Shown: piece after piece, positions 9,869 to 20,200 of the stretch
How the letters are laid out: each line of letters opens with the position of its first letter
Position numbering within the stretch: the first letter of the stretch is position 1
Assembly: GCA_002723385.1 (NCBI GenBank)
Contig: PBNY01000069.1
Coordinates: 24,331-88,330, forward strand
DNA: 64,000 bases
Direction of reading: 5' to 3'
Source of the DNA: Oceanospirillaceae bacterium
GTDB taxonomy: Bacteria; Pseudomonadota; Gammaproteobacteria; Pseudomonadales; Oceanobacteraceae
Notes under the pieces: generated by a model
Told to the model about the DNA's origin: nothing
What the model saw: the letters and a program-made list of their open reading frames with translations, nothing else
Databases searched by the model: none
Made by a program: the position numbers and the translations under genes

Positions 9869-11338
9869 ATGGCGTCGCTTCGGTATCAACAAGTCGAACT
9901 CTGGATCCGCCAGGGCATACAAGAGCAGCGTTGGAAGGCGGGTGAACGGCTGCCTTCCATTCGTGATTTGTGTGAGCGGTTCGGAGTGTCCAAGATTACG
10001 GTGCAGCACGCTTTTCAGCGTCTTGAAGCCCAACGTCTGGTCGAGGCGCGCCCGCGTTCCGGTTACTTCGTACTTGAACCTGTTCAGTGTTCACCGGAAC
10101 GGCACAAAGACCGTTGTGATCCCCCCAAGCGCGTCTCTGAACCGGCTGATGTGACAGTACACAATCTTCTTCTGGATGTGATGGAGCGCGGTGCGGCATT
10201 CGACTTGTGTCCGCCGTCGAATCTGATTGCCGAGGGCGCTCCGCTCATCGCCACCGATGCACTCGAACGCCAGACGGGCCTGACGGCGTTGAACCGGAGT
10301 TTGGGGCGAGCGCTGCGACGACAGCAAAATCGTCATCACAGTTACTACGACCAGCCTGCCGGAGAGGCTTCTCTGCGCTTCCAGATCAGTGAGCGTTACC
10401 GTCGTCGATCGACGGTGCTGGGGGTGGACGACATCTGCATATCCAATGGCTGTCAGCACAGTCTGTTTCTGGCCTTGATGGCCGTCTGCAAAGCCGGTGA
10501 TGTGGTCGCCGTGGAAACGCCGGGTTTTTACGGCGTCTTGCAGTTGCTGGAGCAGTTGCAGATCAAGGTGGTCGAGGTTCCCGTGATTCCCACTCAGGGA
10601 ATGGATATACAGGCTCTGGAACAGGCGGTGAATCGCTGGCCTGTGCGAGCGGTGATTATCACGCCTGCATTCGCGACGCCCATCGGTGCACTGATGACAG
10701 ACACGGCACGTCGACGCTTGATGGCCCTGGCCAATGAACAGGATTTGGCCATCATTGAGGACGACATCTACGCTGAAACCGCGATGGGAACAATGAACTC
10801 AGCTGCAGATGTGGAGTTGCCCCTGCCGCTCAAGGCACTGGATTCCGAGCAGCGGGTGATCCTGTGTGGCTCCTATTCCAAGTGTCTCTCGAAGGATCTC
10901 CGGTTGGGCTGGGTCGCGGGTGGTCGCTGGCACGCCAGCATTGTGCGTCTCAAACTGGTCAGCCAGCTGGCCAGCAATCGCTCCCATCAACAAGGCCTGG
11001 CGGACTTTATCGAAGATGGCGGGCTGGTTCGGCATTTGAAGCGTTATCGTCAAGCTCTCAGAGAGCAGCGCGATCAGCTCCTCCAGCAGCTGACGCATTG
11101 GCCGATTGCCGATGTGCATGTGCCGGATGGCGGTCTGGCGATGTGGATAGCGCTACCGGAGTCAACGGATACCCTGAAACTGTACGGCGAAGCACTGATG
11201 TCCGGCATTGTCATTACGCCGGGTCCATTGTTTTCGGCCTCCGGTGCCTATCGGAATTGCTTGCGGCTGAGTTACGCCCATGCCTGGACCAGGCAGCGAT
11301 GTAGCCGTCTTGAACGGTTGAAAAATCTCGTTCGATAA
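9869..11338 (+). CDS. MocR/PdxR-type GntR-family regulator with a fused PLP aminotransferase-like domain
   Basis: 489 aa. The N-terminal GntR HTH is LPSIRDLCERFGVSKITVQHAFQRLEAQRLVEARPRSGYFV. The C-terminal fold-type-I aminotransferase domain carries a PLP-Lys context (GSYSKCLSKDLRLGW). Confidence 0.85.
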   Translation: MASLRYQQVELWIRQGIQEQRWKAGERLPSIRDLCERFGVSKITVQHAFQRLEAQRLVEARPRSGYFVLEPVQCSPERHKDRCDPPKRVSEPADVTVHNLLLDVMERGAAFDLCPPSNLIAEGAPLIATDALERQTGLTALNRSLGRALRRQQNRHHSYYDQPAGEASLRFQISERYRRRSTVLGVDDICISNGCQHSLFLALMAVCKAGDVVAVETPGFYGVLQLLEQLQIKVVEVPVIPTQGMDIQALEQAVNRWPVRAVIITPAFATPIGALMTDTARRRLMALANEQDLAIIEDDIYAETAMGTMNSAADVELPLPLKALDSEQRVILCGSYSKCLSKDLRLGWVAGGRWHASIVRLKLVSQLASNRSHQQGLADFIEDGGLVRHLKRYRQALREQRDQLLQQLTHWPIADVHVPDGGLAMWIALPESTDTLKLYGEALMSGIVITPGPLFSASGAYRNCLRLSYAHAWTRQRCSRLERLKNLVR

Positions 11339-11638
11339 CTGGTCATTTTTTTGATGCTGGCCAAAAATGCCCACAGTCATCCTGTGATTTGCAGCTATTG
11401 AAGTATTTATAGCCTTTAGTTGTTAAAAACTGGCTTTATATGCGCTAAATTAATTTTTCTGTCATATTTCAGTGGAATTGTCCCTAACAAAGCTAGGTTG
11501 ATTTTGAACATCTTGGGCCGCCCGATTTCCGATCAATCGATCACCCGTTTGATAGGTGGACAGTCCAGAAATAATTACCTAGAGTGATTTAACGTCTTGT
11601 CCTAAATCATTGTACGAGTGTCAGGTTGTAGGGAAGCC

Positions 11639-12139
11639 ATGAAAAAGAAAAATGTGGGTTCTGTCGCCCCTAAAGAACGCGTCAATATCTCCTATAAGCC
11701 GGCCGTCGGCGATGGGAAACAACAAATCGAACTGCCGTTCAAGGCCCTCATTCTTGGGGACTTTACACAACGGCCGGACGATCGGGTTATTGAAGAGCGA
11801 GAAGCGGTCAGTATTAACCGCAACAACTTCGACGAAGTACTCGCTTCCATGAATCTCGAAACTTCCTTTAGCGTCCCTAACCACCTCACCAGTGATGGGA
11901 AAAAAGAACTGGATATCCAGTTCAATCCCAAGTCCATGAAGGATTTTACGCCGGACAGCCTGGTCGAATCCGTTCCCGAATTGAAGAAAGTCATTGAATT
12001 GCGTAATGCCCTGAAAGCACTGAAAGGCCCATTGGGCAACGTGCCACAGATGCGTCGCAAGATTCAGAGTCTGGTTACCGATGAGTCGACTCGTCAGCGT
12101 CTGCTGGATGAACTCAATACTGATCCCAAAAAATCATAA
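11639..12139 (+). CDS. tssB: T6SS small sheath subunit TssB (VipA)
   Basis: KERVNISYKPAVGDGKQQIELPFKALILGDFTQRPDD is the TssB signature. I prefer the ATG at 11639 (GGGAAG 5 nt upstream) over the GTG at 11618. Confidence 0.9.
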   Translation: MKKKNVGSVAPKERVNISYKPAVGDGKQQIELPFKALILGDFTQRPDDRVIEEREAVSINRNNFDEVLASMNLETSFSVPNHLTSDGKKELDIQFNPKSMKDFTPDSLVESVPELKKVIELRNALKALKGPLGNVPQMRRKIQSLVTDESTRQRLLDELNTDPKKS

Positions 12140-12156
12140 GAACGTTAGGTGCTGAC

Positions 12157-13611
12157 ATGACAACCACAGCGGATTCTGTAAAAGAAGATTCCTTGATTGG
12201 TGAAGTGCTGAGCTTCACCCGTGTCCCTGTTCAGGACGAGAGCTACCCTGTTGTAAAACAGGGTGTTGAAATGCTGCTGCAAGAGCTGCTTGGCCGAGAT
12301 CAGGAAACCGTTCGAGTCGACAAGTCGTTCGTTGACCAGCTGATTGAAGAATTGGATGGCCGTTTGAGTGCCCAAATGGACGCCATTCTCCACAACGAAC
12401 AGTTCCAGGCTGTTGAACGCCCGTGGCGCAGCCTGAAGTTTCTGGTTGATCGCACGGATTTCTCTCAGAATATCAAGCTTGAGATACTCAATGCGAACAA
12501 GGAAGACCTGAGCGAAGACTTTGACGATGCCCCGGATATCACTCAAACCGGTCTGTATCGTCGCGTTTACACGGATGAATACGGTCAGTTTGGTGGCGAA
12601 CCCTATGGCGTGATTTTGGGTGACTATGAATTCAGTCATCATGCCAAGGACATCAGCCTGCTGCGCAACATGGGTTCTTTGTCTGCCATGACGCATGCGC
12701 CATTCATCGCGGCGGCCAGCTATCAGTTCTTCGGCATTGACGATATCTCTGAACTGCCTTCGTTGAAGGAAATGGAATCCATTTTCGAAGGTGCACAGTA
12801 CGCCAAGTGGCAATCTCTGCGTGAATCTGATGACTCCCGTAATATCGGACTGGTACTGCCAGAGTTCATGCTGCGTTCTACCTACGGTGATGATCTGTTG
12901 GTGCGTTCCTTCGAATATCAGGAAGCGGCATCATCCAAGCAGGATTATCTCTGGGGTAACGCTTCCTTTGCTTATGCCAGTCGTTTGGTCGACAGCTTTG
13001 CCCAGTTCCGCTGGTGTCCGAATATCATCGGACCTCAATCCGGTGGTGCGCTGGAAGATCTTCCCATTCACGTCGTGGATGTGGATGGTACCGAGCAGAT
13101 CAATGGCCCGGTTGAGATCGTTATTTCAGATCGCAAAGAATACGAACTGTCTGAACTTGGCTTTATTCCCCTGACCTTGCGCAAGGGGGGGGATCAGGCG
13201 GTGTTCTTCTCCTCCAACTCGGTTCAGAAAGCCATCAAGTTCGACAACACCGAAGAAGGCAAGATCGCAGAGATCAACTACAAGTTGGGCACCCAGCTGC
13301 CGTATCTGTTCATCGTCAGCCGCCTGGCTCACTACATCAAGGTTCTGCAACGAGAGAATCTTGGTAGCTGGAAAACCCGTGCAGATCTGGAAACCGAATT
13401 GAACAAATGGCTGCGTCGTTATGTCGCCGATCAGGAGAACCCGTCCCCGGCAACTCGCAGCTCTCGTCCTTTGAGAAAAGCCAATATCGTTGTGTCAGAG
13501 GTTGAGGGTGATGCTGGCTGGTACTCCGTATCCATGAGTGTGACGCCGCACTTCAAGTTTATGGGTGCCGATTTCACGCTTTCACTGAGCGGAATTCTTG
13601 AAAGGGGCTAA
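12157..13611 (+). CDS. tssC: T6SS large sheath subunit TssC (VipB)
   Basis: 484 aa. Motifs include HNEQFQAVERPWRSLKFLV and EYGQFGGEPYGVILGDYEF. The C-terminus QLPYLFIVSRLAHYIKVLQRENLGSW...VTPHFKFMGADFTLSL is typical of VipB. Confidence 0.95.
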   Translation: MTTTADSVKEDSLIGEVLSFTRVPVQDESYPVVKQGVEMLLQELLGRDQETVRVDKSFVDQLIEELDGRLSAQMDAILHNEQFQAVERPWRSLKFLVDRTDFSQNIKLEILNANKEDLSEDFDDAPDITQTGLYRRVYTDEYGQFGGEPYGVILGDYEFSHHAKDISLLRNMGSLSAMTHAPFIAAASYQFFGIDDISELPSLKEMESIFEGAQYAKWQSLRESDDSRNIGLVLPEFMLRSTYGDDLLVRSFEYQEAASSKQDYLWGNASFAYASRLVDSFAQFRWCPNIIGPQSGGALEDLPIHVVDVDGTEQINGPVEIVISDRKEYELSELGFIPLTLRKGGDQAVFFSSNSVQKAIKFDNTEEGKIAEINYKLGTQLPYLFIVSRLAHYIKVLQRENLGSWKTRADLETELNKWLRRYVADQENPSPATRSSRPLRKANIVVSEVEGDAGWYSVSMSVTPHFKFMGADFTLSLSGILERG

Positions 13612-13739
13612 TGTTAATTCTGACGTGATCGAGGTCGCGTTCTGAAGGCCATTTTTCAACGCTTGGGTGCCGCAAACTGTCTCAGGCACTTCAAGCACCG
13701 GGGATCCGGTTGACCTAATGCAGATAAGGAGTACCACAC

Positions 13740-14285
13740 ATGCCAAATGAAATTTTTGTCACCATTGAAGACTCTGAAGGCAACAATCTGAGTGAAGGCG
13801 CATCGTCAAAAGAAAGTATCGGTGCGTACTACAAGGAAGATCACGAAGACAAAATCTTTGTTCAGGCTCTGGAGCAGCGCAGTGTCCTTCCTACCGATCC
13901 TCGTAATGGTCAGGTAACAGGTGTTCGTCGCTACGAATATCTTGAGATTACCAAACTGATCGACAAGAGCAGCCCATTACTGGCGCAACTGTTGTCACAG
14001 CCAACCGATTTGACCATCCACGTTGAGTTCTACCGTTCACCGGATGAAACCAGCAGTGGTGAGCCGGTTCGCTACTACCAGATCAAAATGGCCGAAGCCA
14101 AGTTAATTACTCTGGAAACATTGTCTCCGGATGCAATGGATCCGTCTAACGACAATTTTATGGCATACGAGCGTTGTCGCTTCAGCTTCAACGCCGTGGC
14201 TTGGAAGCATGATGTCAGCGGCACTGAGGCGGTTGATACTGCTTCCAACGGTGAAAACGCCGAGAACGTCGCTTTCGAAGACTAG
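13740..14285 (+). CDS. hcp: T6SS tube protein Hcp (TssD), paralogue 1
   Basis: 181 aa with the Hcp core motif EITKLIDKSSPLLAQLL and the downstream YYQIKMAEAKLITLE. There is a strong RBS (AAGGAG) upstream. Confidence 0.85.
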   Translation: MPNEIFVTIEDSEGNNLSEGASSKESIGAYYKEDHEDKIFVQALEQRSVLPTDPRNGQVTGVRRYEYLEITKLIDKSSPLLAQLLSQPTDLTIHVEFYRSPDETSSGEPVRYYQIKMAEAKLITLETLSPDAMDPSNDNFMAYERCRFSFNAVAWKHDVSGTEAVDTASNGENAENVAFED

Positions 14286-14302
14286 GCAGTCGACAAGCTC
14301 TG

Positions 14303-14325
14303 TGGGCTGTAGTGACGGCAGCCCA
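14303..14325 (+). other. Hairpin 18 nt downstream of hcp1 (possible attenuator)
   Basis: A 7-bp stem pairs TGGGCTG (14303-14309) with CAGCCCA (14319-14325) around a 9-nt loop. It is followed only by a weak T-containing tract (TTCGCATCTCTT). Confidence 0.25.
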
Positions 14326-14422
14326 TTCGCATCTCTTGATGCATTTGCCATGGCGGAGCACGCGACACCCGATGTCAATGTGCGTCTCTGTAGGATATCT
14401 CACCATGTATGGTTCCTGATGT

Positions 14423-15121
14423 ATGAATAGATGGATTGCGAGTGCGGGACTGATTGCCAGCATTCTGCTGACCCAGGCTTGTGCTGTGAAACCACCGGTT
14501 TGGAACGGCAGTATCGAAGACGAGCCGCCGTTGTCTCTGGATGATGCCAATCAGGCCGGGAACAACTGGGTCTGGCTGGACCAAACGTCAGATTGGTTCT
14601 ACCGCGATGGCGAACCGGTCAAACCGGACTACATGAACTGGGATTTTGAAGGCAAGGGCATTGCGTTTCGTTTTCTGGCGCCACAACAGTTGAATCTGCA
14701 CTCAGGCAGACCTCATACACTTTACCTGCGAGTTTTCCAGCTCTCTGATTTGAAAGTGTTTAACGACATGAAGAAGAGTCAGGCCGGTATTCGTGAGTTA
14801 CTGACCGCCACTGATATCGATCCAACGTTCCTCGCTACCAACGAATTTGTGATTTCGCCAGATGAAATGCTCAAAACGACGGTCGAGCGCATGAAGGATA
14901 CGCGGTTTGTCGCCATTGTGGCTGGCTACTATCAACTGGATCCGTCGGAAGTGGTCAAGGTTTTCCCCATTCCGGCAGTTGCCAACCGAACCGGCCATAC
15001 CGAGTGGACCGCACGATTGAATCCATTTGCAGATGATCCCCCGCCCGAGGCGGCACGAATCAAGGCCTGGGTAGATCTGGGGGTCACCAAGTTGTCTCGA
15101 CTGCAAATGCTTGCCGAATAA
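14423..15121 (+). CDS. tssJ: T6SS outer-membrane lipoprotein TssJ
   Basis: The signal peptide carries a lipobox (SILLTQAC). The TssJ-like block is HTLYLRVFQLSDLKVFNDM. Its position before tssK-tssL-tssM supports the call. At 232 aa it is longer than typical TssJ. Confidence 0.7.
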   Translation: MNRWIASAGLIASILLTQACAVKPPVWNGSIEDEPPLSLDDANQAGNNWVWLDQTSDWFYRDGEPVKPDYMNWDFEGKGIAFRFLAPQQLNLHSGRPHTLYLRVFQLSDLKVFNDMKKSQAGIRELLTATDIDPTFLATNEFVISPDEMLKTTVERMKDTRFVAIVAGYYQLDPSEVVKVFPIPAVANRTGHTEWTARLNPFADDPPPEAARIKAWVDLGVTKLSRLQMLAE

Positions 15122-15199
15122 ACACAATAAATAACATCGCAGCTGCTGCACTCAGGTTCTGGGGGGTGGCCACTGCACTCAGAAACAAGGATTCAACCG

Positions 15200-16591
15200 G
15201 TGAATGTGAAGCAGCCGCTTTCCTGGTACCAGGGGTTATTTTTACAACCACAGCACTTTCAGTATTCCAGCCTCCACCAGGAGCAACTGGTGATCCAATA
15301 CATGCGAGAAGTGTGTCCATACCCTTGGGGTGTGGCACAGATGCAGTTGGATGATCAGGCTCTGGCTGGTGAAGTTGTCGAGCTGAGATACATCAAGGCT
15401 ATTTTTGAAGATGGTACGCTGGTTGAGTTTCCTGACAACGTCCACCTGACTGCCCGCAGCATTGAGGACAACTGGCACGATACGACTCAGCCTTTAAATG
15501 TGTATCTGGGGCTTGCCAAGCTTGACCCGGCTGCGTCGAACGTCACAGAAGTTCCTTCTCTGGCCAGTGCTGCTGCCATTCATTCCCGCTTCGTTGGTTT
15601 GAACGAAGGGGCTGAAATGAAAGATCTCAACGAAGGCAACACGACCAATCCGGTCAAGACCCTGCGCTACGCCCTGGGAATTTACTTTGAACCCGAGTTG
15701 GCTGATTTACACGATAAACAACTTTTGCCGTTGTTCGCTCTGGAAAAGCAGGGCGAGGACATTCAGGTCAGCCAGCAATTTATCCCACCGGTACTGACGT
15801 TGTCGGGCTCAAGCCTGCTGCTGTCAATCATCAAGAATATTCGTGATGAACTGGTGGGCAGAAGCAAACAGCTCGAAAACTACAAAAGCACGCCAACCTC
15901 TCGTGCGGCAGAATTTAACCCGGTTGCAGAACGTTACCGCGTTGCCTTGAGAATGCTGGCGCATTACACACCGTCACTGCAGCACTGGTATGAAAATCCT
16001 GCGGTTCATCCCGCTGATGTTTACAGCCACTTGCGAAGTCTGGTCGGTGAACTGAGTACTTTCTCTCATCGGGTTAACCTGCTTGGCGAAGCAACCGGTG
16101 ACGGCCCTTCTTTGCCTCGTTATCAACACAATGATCTGGCGATCAGTTTCAACACTGCGCGTGAGCTGATTGTGTCTTTGCTGGACGAGCTGACTGTTAG
16201 TCCTGAACTGCTGGTGCGCTTCAACCGCGACGACGCGAACCGATTCTCTGCAGAGTTGCCAGGTGAGTTCTTTGCCCGCCAGCACGACTTGTATCTGGTG
16301 TTGGAAACCGGTGCGACCTATGCCGATTGGGTTGAGTCATTCGAAGGTTTCGCCAAGCTGGGTGCCAGTGGTGAAATTGATATCTACAACCAGCGTGCAA
16401 TTCCGGGGATTCCTTTCCAGGCTTATCCGGATCAACCTTCCGGGTTGGAGCGCCGTCCAAAAGTCAGTTACTTCACATTAAATCGCGACAGCGACAAATG
16501 GAAAGTCGTTGAGAGTCAGGGGCAGATAACTCTGCTCTGGGACGATGCACCGGAAGATCTGGTTGTTGAAATGGTCATTGTGCGGGGATAG
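15200..16591 (+). CDS. tssK: T6SS baseplate subunit TssK
   Basis: 463 aa with a GTG start. The N-terminal PLSWYQGLFLQPQHFQ is the hallmark TssK motif. Confidence 0.85.
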   Translation: MNVKQPLSWYQGLFLQPQHFQYSSLHQEQLVIQYMREVCPYPWGVAQMQLDDQALAGEVVELRYIKAIFEDGTLVEFPDNVHLTARSIEDNWHDTTQPLNVYLGLAKLDPAASNVTEVPSLASAAAIHSRFVGLNEGAEMKDLNEGNTTNPVKTLRYALGIYFEPELADLHDKQLLPLFALEKQGEDIQVSQQFIPPVLTLSGSSLLLSIIKNIRDELVGRSKQLENYKSTPTSRAAEFNPVAERYRVALRMLAHYTPSLQHWYENPAVHPADVYSHLRSLVGELSTFSHRVNLLGEATGDGPSLPRYQHNDLAISFNTARELIVSLLDELTVSPELLVRFNRDDANRFSAELPGEFFARQHDLYLVLETGATYADWVESFEGFAKLGASGEIDIYNQRAIPGIPFQAYPDQPSGLERRPKVSYFTLNRDSDKWKVVESQGQITLLWDDAPEDLVVEMVIVRG

Positions 16592-16602
16592 GAGCAGAGG
16601 CG

Positions 16603-17259
16603 ATGAGACTGATCGATTGTTTTGTTGAAAGTCTGGCTTTGACCGTGTCTCTGACTCGTGGCGAAGCCGGTGTGAGCGGTCGGGACTTCAACGATGTTCG
16701 CCAACATCTGAATGGCCAACTGGCGAACGTGTCGGGGCAAGGGGCGCAGGGCGGATACAGTGAACCACAGATTCGCCACGCTCTGTTTGCGGTGGTCGCC
16801 TTTATTGATGAGCAGCTGGCGAGTACGTCCTGGTCTGGTCAGCAAGAGTGGTCACGCAATCTGTTGCAGCGAGAGTATTTCGACACAACCAATGCCGGGG
16901 TCGAATTCTATTCACGTCTGGATACCCTGAATCCGTTTAACCCGGCAGAACGCGATATTCGCGAAGTCTATTACTACTGTCTGTCGTTGGGATTCTCCGG
17001 CAAGTTTTACGGAGAAGGCGCCCAGTCTGCATTGAACAAGATACGTCGGGATAACTATGACTTGCTGGCTGGTGACGATGACAGTTCAGCGTTGTTCCCT
17101 GATGGCTTTGGCCAGCAGAAGACAGAGAGCGCACTGAAAGCCAGGAGAGACTTGAGTGCCCTGTATTACGGCTTGCCTGTGCTGCTGATCGTTGCAGCGT
17201 TTTTTTACTTCCGAAAGGAAATGCTGGATCTGGCCAACTTTCTGGTGATCTCCGTCTAA
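16603..17259 (+). CDS. tssL: T6SS membrane-complex subunit TssL (DotU family), no peptidoglycan-binding extension
   Basis: 218 aa with DotU-like blocks ALFAVVAFIDEQL and YYYCLSLGFSGKFY. There is a single C-terminal TM (LPVLLIVAAFFYF), and the protein ends shortly after it. Confidence 0.8.
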   Translation: MRLIDCFVESLALTVSLTRGEAGVSGRDFNDVRQHLNGQLANVSGQGAQGGYSEPQIRHALFAVVAFIDEQLASTSWSGQQEWSRNLLQREYFDTTNAGVEFYSRLDTLNPFNPAERDIREVYYYCLSLGFSGKFYGEGAQSALNKIRRDNYDLLAGDDDSSALFPDGFGQQKTESALKARRDLSALYYGLPVLLIVAAFFYFRKEMLDLANFLVISV

Positions 17260-17285
17260 CCAGTGGATAAAGAGAAGCTGCTGTC

Positions 17286-20200
17286 GTGAAAACATTTTTC
17301 AAAATTCTGTTATGGCTGCTGGTCTGGTCATTAATTGCTGCAGCCTGTGTGGGCGGAGCCCTGTTTACTGGCAATACGATTGAATTTGGTCTGAAAATTC
17401 TTGCCGGAATTTTCATTGCCTATATTTCCTTCCTGTTGATCCGCAAAGCCATTATTCATTACCGTGCCAAAAAGAAGGTTGAGTCACTGATCAATGTGGC
17501 TGAACCAGAGCAGAAAAAGCGCAAGCTGGAACTCTGGAAACAAAGCACCGGGCTGGACAAGAATTTCAAGGCGCTGGTGAAAATGCTCAACAGCAGCTAT
17601 CTCAAGGTGCATGGTGAGCCGTTGTATGTACTGCCCTGGTATCTCGTCATTGGCCACCAGCAGACTGGTAAAACCTTTGCACTTGATCAGGCTAACCTGC
17701 CCAAGCCAACCATCGAAAATGATGTACTGAGCCGGAAGGTAGGCAGCATCAATTGGCACTTATACAACCAGGCTATTGCGGTTGATACACCGGGAGAGTT
17801 CCTGGCCGATGTCGAAGGCTCACGTAACGAAGAGTGGCTGAAGCTGCTCTCCTTGCTCAAAAAGCACCGCAATAAGGAGCCGATCAATGGTGTCATCGTG
17901 ACATTACCCATGGATGTGTTGCTGGAAGGTAACAGCCAAAAGTTGATCGAAATGGGAACGCAGGCTCGCAAGAATCTGGAGCAGTTAATCCAGGTATTGC
18001 ATATTCAGGTGCCTATTTATCTGATGGTGACCAAACTGGATGCTCTGCCAGGGGTACCGGAATGGATAGGCACTCTGGATCAAGCCAGTTTCCGTGATCC
18101 AATGGGCAAGGTGAACCTGAAGGAGCAAGGCCCTGAAGAGTTCGTGCAGCAGACTGTAACGTCATTGGCCGAGCGCTTGAAGCAGTTGCAATTGACGGCC
18201 TTGCAGCAGGGGCAGGCTTCACCGGATTTGATCCGCCTGCCTACACGTTTCGAAGCACTTGAACGGCATCTGGTGACTTACGCCAACAGCATTTTCCAGC
18301 AGAATCCGTATCAAAAGACACCGTTATTCCGCGGCATGTACTTTGTCGGTGAAGCCGTAGGTGTTGAGCTTCAGACCGATTCCGAAGGACGTGGACTGTT
18401 TTCTCATCGTTTCCTCACCGACATTGTTCCAGCCGAGCGTGGGCTGATCTCTTCTCTGGCTCGATCCGAACGAGTCGAAAATACCCGTAAGCTCGGGCGC
18501 GTTGCGGCCTGGTATCTCGTATCTGCCGGGGTCTTCGCGGCTCTGTACAGCAGCTATCGGGGCAATCAGGGCATTCTCGAACAGATGACCGACCAAAACG
18601 CTGGCAATTTCGAAGAGTCCGTCGCGTTGGAGCAGAATATCAACACGCTGTACGACTATCGCTCGATGGTGAATCAGTTATCGGATAGCAGCTGGAGTCC
18701 GTGGTTTGGCGTGTCAGCTGACGAGCCAGCCTTTATCGGACAGTTGCAAGGGATCTTTGCAGAACGGGTTCAGTCGCGACTGGTGAGCAAGGCTGATCAG
18801 GTTTTCAGCTCTGCCATGACCAGTGCGTTGTACGCAGATAGTGATGTTTCTGAAGAGGAAATCGTTGCCTTCATTAGTACCCTGGTGCGCCGGATAAACA
18901 TTCTGGACGCCTACATGGATGGAGCCAGCGAAAGCAGCTTGAGTGATATGCCGCTGCCTTACAGTGAGAGCGATGCTGATTTGTTTGGTGTCCGTGATGT
19001 TGCCACCGTCGACAAACTCAATAATCTCTATCTGCAGTCCCTGTTCTGGACCGCTGATCAAGGTCTGCTGAAACAGGAACTGAAGCTTATGGAAGATCAG
19101 CTTCGAACCATCCTGATCAAAAGTAAGGCACTGGCCAACTGGTTGATTCCCTGGGCCAACGGGGTGGCGGAATCTGAAGAGCAGCGAGTATCCGATTTCT
19201 GGATTGCTGGCTCGGGGTCGATGAAAAAAGACGCTTTGATTTCCGGTGCCTTTACCCGCGAAGGCAAGCAAGCCATTGACAGCTTTATTGAGCAGATTCG
19301 TGAAACCCGCCGCTATGACGATATTCTGAATGAAATTCTGCCGGGTTTTCAGGCTTCGTATCAGAAGCAGTACCTGAAACAGTGGGAGAACTTCGCGCTT
19401 AACTTCTTCAGCGGCAGTCAGAAACTGCGTGGCCGGAATGAATGGCTGACTGTCGTCAATAACCTCTCCACCGGCCGCAATATCTTCTTTAACGCGCTGG
19501 ATCTGATTGATGAACAGATTGAGCCGTACAAGGATGCAGAGAACCTGCCTGATTGGGCCCAGATGGTCGCCTACTACCAGGATATGCGTGCCTTTGGCCC
19601 GGATGAAAAGACCGACAATGGCAAGCAGGACAAGGTACTGGCCAAAATGGCGATTCAGGTTGTGGGCAAAGCTGGCCCGGTGGGCAAGGCGCTCGCGGGT
19701 GGTGCCAAATCCGGTATGAAGAGCAAGAAGAAACTGGATAAGGCCGCAGGTAAGTCCGGTCCTTCTGCTGATGAACGCCAGATGCAGCTGGAACAGGCTG
19801 GCAAGTTGCTGGGTGAATACCGTCAGGCCCTCTCAAGTTTCGTCTACTCCGCCGAAACCCGCTCCGTATCCTACAGTGCGATTTCTGCCTTGTACTCCAA
19901 GCCAGACCAGCCGGATAGCGGTGAGAGCAGTTTGGCGTTGGGCTACAAATCCCTGAAGCAATTGCAGGCACTGGTTGGTAAAGAGAATCGTGAAAACCGG
20001 GCCTTCTGGTCGCTCTATAAAGGCGCTCTGAATCTGATGCGCGAATACATGATGGCCGAATCGGCTTGTGAAGTTCAGGAAAACTGGGAAAACAACTTCC
20101 TCGCCAATCTGGAAGGTGTGCCGGACTACAAACTGCCGGAGTTGGCGTTTGGAGACAGTGGTTTGCTGTGGACGACCTTGTCGACTGATATGGCGCCCTT

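Noticed and set aside
11339-11638. Possible sigma-54 promoter upstream of tssB (CTGGCCAAAAATGCCC and CTGGCTTTATATGCGC)
   Set aside because: Both have only 8 nt between GG and GC, whereas the sigma-54 -24/-12 consensus requires 10 (TGGCAC-N5-TTGC). No enhancer-binding-protein gene is in the cluster. The promoter is left unassigned.
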